A stretch of DNA of 64,000 bases from Myxococcota bacterium (lineage in GTDB: Bacteria; Myxococcota_A; SURF-8), in contig CAXXQS010000002.1 in assembly GCA_963674735.2 (NCBI GenBank), positions 832,001 to 896,000 on the forward strand. Direction: 5' to 3'. The notes beneath the pieces were generated by a model. That model saw only the letters and a list, made by a program, of their open reading frames with translations. It did no database searches and had not been told where the DNA came from. Made by a program: the position numbers and the translations under genes. Below, piece by piece: positions 57,269 through 64,000 of this stretch (position 1 is its first letter; each line of letters opens with the position of its first letter).

Positions 57269-58288
57269 CTAATAATCCATCGCGACCGTGCCGCTATCGA
57301 CGACACGACCGTAGACGATCTTGTTGGAACTGATATTGAGCACTTTGATCATTTGCTTACGCCGTCCTTTTTGCTGCGCAATACCTTTGGTTTCCACCTG
57401 CATATACGGGGTCGTCACCATCAGTTTCACCATCTGTCCGCGCTCGATCATCAGCGGGGCTTCCAGCTTCGCATCGGTGAGGACATCCCCCGGGTTCAGC
57501 AGGGTGGCGGCCGCCATCCCGATGACGTCGTTTTCGTCGGTCAGCACATCGCGCGACACTTCCGAAAGCACCACGTCTTTCAGCTGAATATCCGCAGCCC
57601 CGATGGTTTCACCGCGTTCCACCGTCCGCGTCACGCTGACGGCGAAGGCGCTGACACGCACATCGGCGGTGACATAGACATCCTGCACCGACCGATTACG
57701 CTGCATGACCGTCACCTTTCCGGTGGTGAGTCCACGGAAATCTTCGCCGGGCCTGAACTCGACATTCAAATGGGCGTCACCGCCGGGCACCAGCAGATCC
57801 TTGCGCACATTCATGCGCCCGATTTCCACGCGTTCGGCGGGCAAATTCGTTTGCAGACAAACGGCATCGGTGAAGAGCTCCCGCAACTGGTCGGTGGAAA
57901 TGCGCCGGGCATCGCGAACCACGTTCACGTTCTCGGGGATATTCCAGGAACCGCCGGCATTGTGAGCGGTCAACATTTTGCGGATAAAGCGCTGTGAAAA
58001 AGCGCGAGAGCGTCCGGGCTGCGGGGCGCGCGAGAGGAAGATACGTCCGACCCGTTCCAGGTCGTCGGGATTGAACCCTTTGATATCGGCGATATGCTTG
58101 AGCAGCACTTCCTCGTTTTGAACGGTGACCTCCGGTCGTACGGAAATCGATCCGACCACCGGTTGTTTGCGAGCCAGTTTAGGCACGACACCGACGGCCG
58201 CTTTGGCCACACGCACCTCATCGGCCGCCAGCGCCAGCTGGGCCATGGCCACGATCAGGAGCAGTAATAAAATCGGTACCCGTCGCAT
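57269..58288 (-). CDS. flgA: P-ring chaperone FlgA
   Basis: Signal peptide, SAF domain, and I.RG..V...G.A...G...I.V.N..S...V.G.V. Confidence 0.92.
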   Translation of the reverse strand: MRRVPILLLLLIVAMAQLALAADEVRVAKAAVGVVPKLARKQPVVGSISVRPEVTVQNEEVLLKHIADIKGFNPDDLERVGRIFLSRAPQPGRSRAFSQRFIRKMLTAHNAGGSWNIPENVNVVRDARRISTDQLRELFTDAVCLQTNLPAERVEIGRMNVRKDLLVPGGDAHLNVEFRPGEDFRGLTTGKVTVMQRNRSVQDVYVTADVRVSAFAVSVTRTVERGETIGAADIQLKDVVLSEVSRDVLTDENDVIGMAAATLLNPGDVLTDAKLEAPLMIERGQMVKLMVTTPYMQVETKGIAQQKGRRKQMIKVLNISSNKIVYGRVVDSGTVAMDY

Positions 58289-58300
58289 CGTCAATCTCCG

Positions 58301-59086
58301 TCAGCGTAACTGGGTGATGCCTTGCAGCATCTTGTCGGCGGTCTGAATCACCTTGGAATTGAGCTCGTAGGCCCGCTGCCCGGTGATCATGTCGATCATT
58401 TCCTCTACTACCTGCACGTTGGAGGTTTCGAGAAAACCCTGAGCCAGAGTGCCGATGCCTTCTTGTCCCGGCTGCGCCTGCAAGGCCTGACCGGAACTGC
58501 TGGACGGCTTGTAATAGCCGCGTCCCATGGCCAGCAGACCCGCCGGATTGACGAAGGTCGCCAACTGAATGGTGCCGACTTCCTGGGCCTCGTTCTGCCC
58601 GGCAAGCTGCACGCTGACCGTCCCATCCTCACCGATGGTCACGGCGGTCGCATCGGCCGGAATGGTCAACGCCGGGTCCAGGATATATCCGTCGCCGGTG
58701 ACCACCTGGCCCTGACCGTCGGTCTTGAGGGAGCCGGACCGGGTATACAGGGTTTCACCGGTGGGGCTTTGCACCTGGAAGAAACCCGCGCCCTCGATGG
58801 CCAGATCGAGCGGATTCTGGGTGTTTTTGTACTGCCCTTGGCTGAAAATACGCTGGGTATCCACCGCCCGGGTTCCTTGACCGATCTGCAAGCCGGTGGG
58901 ACTTTCGAATCCGGCGGCTACCGAGGTTCCCGGCGCCCGTAGCGTTCGATAAAGCAAGTCCTGGAAATTACCGCGGCTTTTCTTGAAGCCGGTGGTATTG
59001 ACATTGGCCAGGTTGTTGGCGATGATGTCGATCAGAATCTGCTGAGCTTCCATACCGGTTGCGGCTGTGTTCAAAGCTCCGATCAT
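58301..59086 (-). CDS. flgG: Distal rod protein FlgG
   Basis: ANNLANVNTTGFKK.R..FQDL.Y and SNV.VVEEM..MI..QRAYE.NSK motifs. Confidence 0.98.
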   Translation of the reverse strand: MIGALNTAATGMEAQQILIDIIANNLANVNTTGFKKSRGNFQDLLYRTLRAPGTSVAAGFESPTGLQIGQGTRAVDTQRIFSQGQYKNTQNPLDLAIEGAGFFQVQSPTGETLYTRSGSLKTDGQGQVVTGDGYILDPALTIPADATAVTIGEDGTVSVQLAGQNEAQEVGTIQLATFVNPAGLLAMGRGYYKPSSSSGQALQAQPGQEGIGTLAQGFLETSNVQVVEEMIDMITGQRAYELNSKVIQTADKMLQGITQLR

Positions 59087-59124
59087 GTTGTTTCTCCTTT
59101 ATTCAAGCCGTTAACGGGCTGCGG

Positions 59125-59910
59125 CTACTGGCCTTGCGAGCCGACATCGTTGATGGATTTCTGTTCCAGTTCACGATAAGCCCGGATGGCGCGTTCCATG
59201 GCATCGAAATGACGATGCGTCTTGATCATTTTGGTCATCTCCCGGACGGCGTTGACATTGGACGTCTCGATACGGCCTTGGAAAATAGCCGTATCGGCCG
59301 CTTCCGTGGGCAGCTCATCCGGGTTGCTGTAACTAAACAGGCTGTGACCGGCCTTGGTGATTTTCTCTTTATCCGTCAAGTCCATCACCCCGAGACGCGC
59401 CACCTCGGTGTTACCCTGGGTGATCACACCATCTTCATCGACCTCAACCAGCCCTTTTTCAAGTTTGATCATCGATCCGGAGTCGTCGAGGACATAGCCG
59501 CCGGAGCTGTGCATCAACTCCCCTTCTTCATTAATATGAAAGCGGCCGTCGCGGCTGTAGAATTCTCTTTCCTGCAACTCGATGCGGAAAAAGCCCTCCC
59601 CTTCCAGCGCAATATCGAGGGAGTTTCCTGTTTTACGCAAGGGGCCCTGACTGAAATCGATCGTCTGGCCGATGATGTCCACCAGCACCTGGTCACGCTT
59701 AACAATGTTATGGTGCATGGCCTTGGGTTCGCGCAGCAGCACCCCACCTTGGGTCGCTCCGCGTCCGGCAGTCACCAAATGGTCGCCGAAACGCAGGTCA
59801 TCGGCTTTGAAACCGGCCGTTCCAATGTTGGCAAGGTTGTTCGCGATCAGATCGAGATACTGACTCTGCGCCTTCGCTCCGGCAACTGCTGCGTATATTC
59901 CGGATCCCAT
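59125..59910 (-). CDS. flgF: Proximal rod protein FlgF
   Basis: ANNLAN..T.GFK, TGN.LD.AL.GEGFF and E.SNVN.V.EM; upstream of flgG. Confidence 0.92.
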   Translation of the reverse strand: MGSGIYAAVAGAKAQSQYLDLIANNLANIGTAGFKADDLRFGDHLVTAGRGATQGGVLLREPKAMHHNIVKRDQVLVDIIGQTIDFSQGPLRKTGNSLDIALEGEGFFRIELQEREFYSRDGRFHINEEGELMHSSGGYVLDDSGSMIKLEKGLVEVDEDGVITQGNTEVARLGVMDLTDKEKITKAGHSLFSYSNPDELPTEAADTAIFQGRIETSNVNAVREMTKMIKTHRHFDAMERAIRAYRELEQKSINDVGSQGQ

Positions 59911-59957
59911 CGGGTGCTCCTTTCATCCAACACATCCTCATCCGGCTGATAAATCAA

Positions 59958-59973
59958 AGCACGGGGCGTGCCA
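59958..59973 (-). promoter_or_regulatory. Sigma-54 promoter for the flgF operon
   Basis: TGGCACGCCCCGTGCT on the minus strand, about 50 bp upstream of flgF. Confidence 0.8.
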
Positions 59974-60396
59974 AGTTTGCGAAAAACCCCTCAGCGACAG
60001 GAATCTGACAGCTCCCAACAAGCAACAAAACAGTCTAAATACAGGCGCAGTAGGGGTTTTTCACTCTTTCCGCTCCGAAGGCGAATTGTGAAAGCGGGAA
60101 ACAGGCAACCGCCCGTTTTCCAACGATCCCGTCAAAATGCCAGCATGCACCGTCCGGTAACGCCGCTGCGCGCTAGGCACATTTTGCCCAGCACCCGGCG
60201 ACATCTGCCCGACACGGAATTTATCGCGCCAAGTATTCCAAGGCCTTACGAATCATACATTAAATATATTCAAGAGGATGGCGACGAAAAGGATCGACAT
60301 TCCGCCCGTTGGTTTGAAAATTGCAGAACTTTCCCGGTTGCACGCATGGGCGTCAATAGACCGCCTCGGACGCCGACCGTAAAGGATGATGCCGGT

Positions 60397-60846
60397 ATGA
60401 AAAAATTCAAGTTCCGCCTGGAATCGCTCCTGCTCAAACGCCAGATGCTCGAAGAACAGGCCCAACAGCAGCTCGCCATCGAACAGGAAAAGCTCAAGGT
60501 CCATCAAAACGAACTCACCCGCATATTCGAAGAGTATAAGTCGCTCAACCGAAAAACCCGCGATGGCTGCATCACACTCGCGGAATTGGAAATGGACCAC
60601 AGCTATAAAGCCCATCTGCTCGACCGCATCGAGATCGCCCGAACGGCGGCGAAAGAACAGCAAAAAGTCGTGGACGAAAAGAAAAAGCAACTCCTGACTC
60701 TGCATCGCGACCTCAAGGCCGTAGAAACCCTGCGCGAAAAGGATCTGGAAGCCCATCAGTCGGAAGCCAAGCGCGAGGAAACCCGTCAGATGGACGAGTT
60801 TTCCGTTCTCCGCTTCAACCATGGAGACAAAAAGAAGGTGAAGTAG
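60397..60846 (+). CDS. fliJ: Flagellar export protein FliJ
   Basis: MKKFKFRLESLL..R...EE.A...LA and K..E.L.EK...E...MDE pattern; real start at ATG 60397. Confidence 0.9.
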   Translation: MKKFKFRLESLLLKRQMLEEQAQQQLAIEQEKLKVHQNELTRIFEEYKSLNRKTRDGCITLAELEMDHSYKAHLLDRIEIARTAAKEQQKVVDEKKKQLLTLHRDLKAVETLREKDLEAHQSEAKREETRQMDEFSVLRFNHGDKKKVK

Positions 60847-61018
60847 GTTCGTTACGCATCGATTGGCGGGAGGTTCCCCATCGCCCGAATAGACCGGATT
60901 CATTGCCTGAAAACATTTCCTATCACTACAAGAGTGATTAATAGTAGAATGATTCTTTTTTCGGTCCGATCGGCTCCGTTAATTCAATCGAAATTTGAAT
61001 CCTTTCAAGGGCAACATC

Positions 61019-64000
61019 ATGCAAGACACCGACAAAACCAAAAAGCAGTTGATTCAGGAACTGGAAGCGGCCCGAAAACGAATCGCCGCCCTCGAACAAG
61101 CCGCGCCCCATCATGCGGACAACCACACACCTTTTCAACGGTTTGCCGATCAATCGCAGGACATGCTTTATCGGATGTCGCTCCCCGACGGTCGATACGA
61201 ATTCGTCAGCGCCGCCGTCACCGAACTATCCGGCTACACGCCCGACGAATGGCTTCACAACCCCTTGATCATTCAAAAAATCATTCCACCTGAATGGCGA
61301 AACTACTTCGCCGAACAATGGGACCATCTGCTGCACGGCGAGGTTCCGGATTTTTACGAGTATCAGATTCTGACGAAAAACGGCGAGCTGAAGTGGGTCA
61401 ACCAGCGCAACACCCTGATCAAGGATAAACAGGGCCGGCCCAAGGCGATTGAAGGTATCGTCACCGATATCAACGAGCGTAAACAAGCCGAAGAGGAACT
61501 GACCACCATTTTCAGAATGTCACTCGATTTAATTTGTACTGCGGATATCAATACCTACACGTTTCTCAAAGTCAATCCGGCGTTTGAAACTGTCCTGGGC
61601 TATCCGGAAGAAACATTCCTGAACCAACCCTTTCTGAATTTCATCCACCCCGATGATGTCGAGCCGACCAATCGACTCGTTGACGAACAGTTGAAAGCCG
61701 GCCACAAAGTTCTCCATTTCGAAAACCGCTATCGCACCGTGGACGGCGACTATCGCTGGTTGGATTGGACCTCCCACCCTATACCGGAAAAAGGAATCAC
61801 CTTCGCGATTGCCCGCGACATCACCGATCGCAAGAGAATGGAAGAAGAGCTCCGCAAGGAAAGGCTTAAACTCGAAACCTACTTCAATCTCGCCGGTGTG
61901 ATGTTCGTTTTGCTAAACCCGGATGGCAGCATTGCCTTGATCAACCCCAAGGCCTGTGATGTTCTCGGTTGCAAGAAAGAAAAGATCGAAGGACAAAACT
62001 GGTTCGACCGAATGATTCCCGAAAGCAATCGCGAGGCCGTGCGGGAAGTCTTCACAAAAATCGTTAGCGGCGATCTGGAACCCGTCGAATTTTATGAGAA
62101 TCCGGTCATCACACATCACGGCGAGGAACGCTTGATCGCCTGGCATAACGCCATGGTCACCGATCAAGACGGTCGGATAACCCAGATTCTCAGTTCCGGC
62201 GAGGATATCACCGATCGGAAAAAAGCCGAAGAAATCCTGCGCGATAGCGAACGACGCTTCCGCCTGTTGGTGCAGAACTCCAACGACATCATTCAGGTTA
62301 TGGACAAAGACGGCACTATCATTTACATCAGCGAACAGCTCGAGAAAATTCTCGGGTATAAGCCGAAAGAACTGATGGGGCAATCCGGGTTTATCGGGGT
62401 TCATCCGGATGATTTACAGGAAATCGCCCGCATTTTCGCTGAAGCATTACTCAAACCACATTCCACCGACACAGCCGAATTTCGCTATCGCCACAAAAAG
62501 GGTCATTGGGTCGAGTTGGAAGCCATTGGCACCAACCTTCTGCACGACCCGAGCATCAATGGCATCGTCCTCAATGTCCGAGACATCAGCGAACGAAAAC
62601 GCACGAGAGAAGCACTGGAGAAACGGGTCATCGCCCTGACACAACCGTTAAGCGATACCAATGGAGTTCAATTCGAGGATTTGTTCAACCTGGAAGAGAT
62701 TCAGCGTTTGCAAGACGAATTTTCCGAAGCAACCGGCGTTGCGGCGCGGATTTTCAAGCCGGATGGCACGCCGATCACGAAACCGAGCAATTTTTGCCGC
62801 CTCTGCAACGACATCATCCGAAAGACCGAGAAAGGGGCGATCAATTGCAGGAAATCGGATATCGTGATCGGTCAATACAATCCCGAGGGTCCGATTTTCC
62901 AACCCTGCCTGAGCGGTGGACTTTGGGACGCCGGGGCCACCATCTCGGTGGAAGGAACCCATATCGCCAGTTGGCTGGTCGGACAGGTGCGGGACGAAAC
63001 ACAGACCGAAGAAAGAATACGAGCCTATGCCAAGGAAATCGGAGCCAATGAAACCGACATAGTCGAGGCTTTCCACGAAGTCCCCACCATGTCACGCCAA
63101 CAATTTGAAAAAATCGCTCAGGTTCTGTCCACGTTGGCCAAACAACTTTCGACAACCGCTTACCAGAACGTGCAACAAGCTCGCTTCATCAGCGACCGCA
63201 AACAGGCGGAGAACGCGCTCAGAGATAGTGAGGAACGGTTGACCCTGGCTTTGAACGCCACCAACGACGGCCTTTGGGATTGGAACATTGAAACAAACTC
63301 CGTTTATTTCAGTCCGCAATACTATAGAATGCTCGGATACCAGCCGGATGAGATGCTGGCCTCCTTCGATACCTGGTTGAACCTGCTACATCCCGACGAC
63401 CGTCAGGAAGCGCAGGCCTCCGTCCAGCACCACCTCGAAAACAAAACTGAAGCCTTCTCGACCGAATTTCGTATGCAGATGAAAAACGGTGATTGGCTGT
63501 GGATCCTCGCCCGTGGAAAGATCGTTGAACGGGATGAAAACGGAAAACCTTTGCGCATGGTGGGAACCCATACCAGCATCAGCGAACGCAAAAAAGCCGA
63601 GGCCGCTCTCGAAAAAACACAGGCTATCCTCACGGCGGCCATTTCTCAATCCCCCACAGGCATTTTAATCGCCGATGCGCCGGACGTGAAAATCCGATAT
63701 GCAAACCCGGCGGCCTTGGCCATCCGAGGCCAGACAGACATCACACTAACAGGTATCGATGTCACCCAACATTCCGAAAATTGGCAGGTATTCCATTCGG
63801 ATGGAGTTACGCCTTATAAACCTGAAGAACTTCCACTCTCGCAAGCGATTTCCGATGGCCTCATATCGAACAATGTGGAAATGGTGATTTGCAGTGACAC
63901 AGGAGATAAACGTCTGATTCTGGTCAATGCCGGACCGGTATTCGATAAAAACAATCGCATTGTTTCAGCGATCGCGATTTTGCACGACATAACCGATCAG
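61019..64000 (+). CDS. Multi-PAS/PocR sensor protein, 3' end beyond the window (probably a histidine kinase or cyclase)
   Basis: Reads as one open frame from MQDTDKTKKQLIQELE, with about six PAS/PAC repeats (IHPDD, DIT.RK) and a PocR domain (IQ.LQD.FS.ATG...SNFC..C...GL.D...GQV). Absent from the ORF track because it has no stop in the window. Confidence 0.9.
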   Translation, partial: MQDTDKTKKQLIQELEAARKRIAALEQAAPHHADNHTPFQRFADQSQDMLYRMSLPDGRYEFVSAAVTELSGYTPDEWLHNPLIIQKIIPPEWRNYFAEQWDHLLHGEVPDFYEYQILTKNGELKWVNQRNTLIKDKQGRPKAIEGIVTDINERKQAEEELTTIFRMSLDLICTADINTYTFLKVNPAFETVLGYPEETFLNQPFLNFIHPDDVEPTNRLVDEQLKAGHKVLHFENRYRTVDGDYRWLDWTSHPIPEKGITFAIARDITDRKRMEEELRKERLKLETYFNLAGVMFVLLNPDGSIALINPKACDVLGCKKEKIEGQNWFDRMIPESNREAVREVFTKIVSGDLEPVEFYENPVITHHGEERLIAWHNAMVTDQDGRITQILSSGEDITDRKKAEEILRDSERRFRLLVQNSNDIIQVMDKDGTIIYISEQLEKILGYKPKELMGQSGFIGVHPDDLQEIARIFAEALLKPHSTDTAEFRYRHKKGHWVELEAIGTNLLHDPSINGIVLNVRDISERKRTREALEKRVIALTQPLSDTNGVQFEDLFNLEEIQRLQDEFSEATGVAARIFKPDGTPITKPSNFCRLCNDIIRKTEKGAINCRKSDIVIGQYNPEGPIFQPCLSGGLWDAGATISVEGTHIASWLVGQVRDETQTEERIRAYAKEIGANETDIVEAFHEVPTMSRQQFEKIAQVLSTLAKQLSTTAYQNVQQARFISDRKQAENALRDSEERLTLALNATNDGLWDWNIETNSVYFSPQYYRMLGYQPDEMLASFDTWLNLLHPDDRQEAQASVQHHLENKTEAFSTEFRMQMKNGDWLWILARGKIVERDENGKPLRMVGTHTSISERKKAEAALEKTQAILTAAISQSPTGILIADAPDVKIRYANPAALAIRGQTDITLTGIDVTQHSENWQVFHSDGVTPYKPEELPLSQAISDGLISNNVEMVICSDTGDKRLILVNAGPVFDKNNRIVSAIAILHDITDQ

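Noticed and set aside
60174-60188. GGCAC...TTGC upstream of fliJ as a sigma-54 promoter
   Set aside because: GG-to-GC spacing is 8 nt, not the required 10.

Overview
A high-GC bacterial chromosomal segment that looks deltaproteobacterial (Myxococcota-like). From left to right it holds: the end of a radical SAM/SPASM locus; the F0 ATP synthase genes atpZ-atpB-atpE; a 2.4 kb AT-richer island bracketed by an imperfect 46 bp direct repeat; several secreted or lipoprotein hydrolases; a detached flhA-flhF-flhG-fliA block; about 21 kb of accessory genes (M6 and C1A proteases, PepA, CoA ligase, GH57-like lipoprotein, orphan ParA with a phasin-like partner, acyltransferase, GT-C glycosyltransferase, esterase); a 20 kb flagellar cluster from flgF to fliT with two flagellins, csrA/fliW and readable sigma-28 and sigma-54 promoters; an orphan fliJ; and a truncated multi-PAS/PocR sensor gene missed by the ORF track. 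The intergenic spaces are crowded with several REP/REPIN-like repeat families. I saw no rRNA, tRNA, CRISPR array, integrase or transposase. The most notable signals are: (1) an Asp-Gly-Asp (DGD) linker placed next to the membrane anchor in six unrelated exported proteins; (2) the orphan ParA plus granule-protein-like gene pair; (3) the att-like island carrying a frameshifted beta-helix gene; (4) an extensive polar flagellum gene set in a genome with myxobacterial-type surface proteins. All calls come from reading motifs by eye, and no database search was run.
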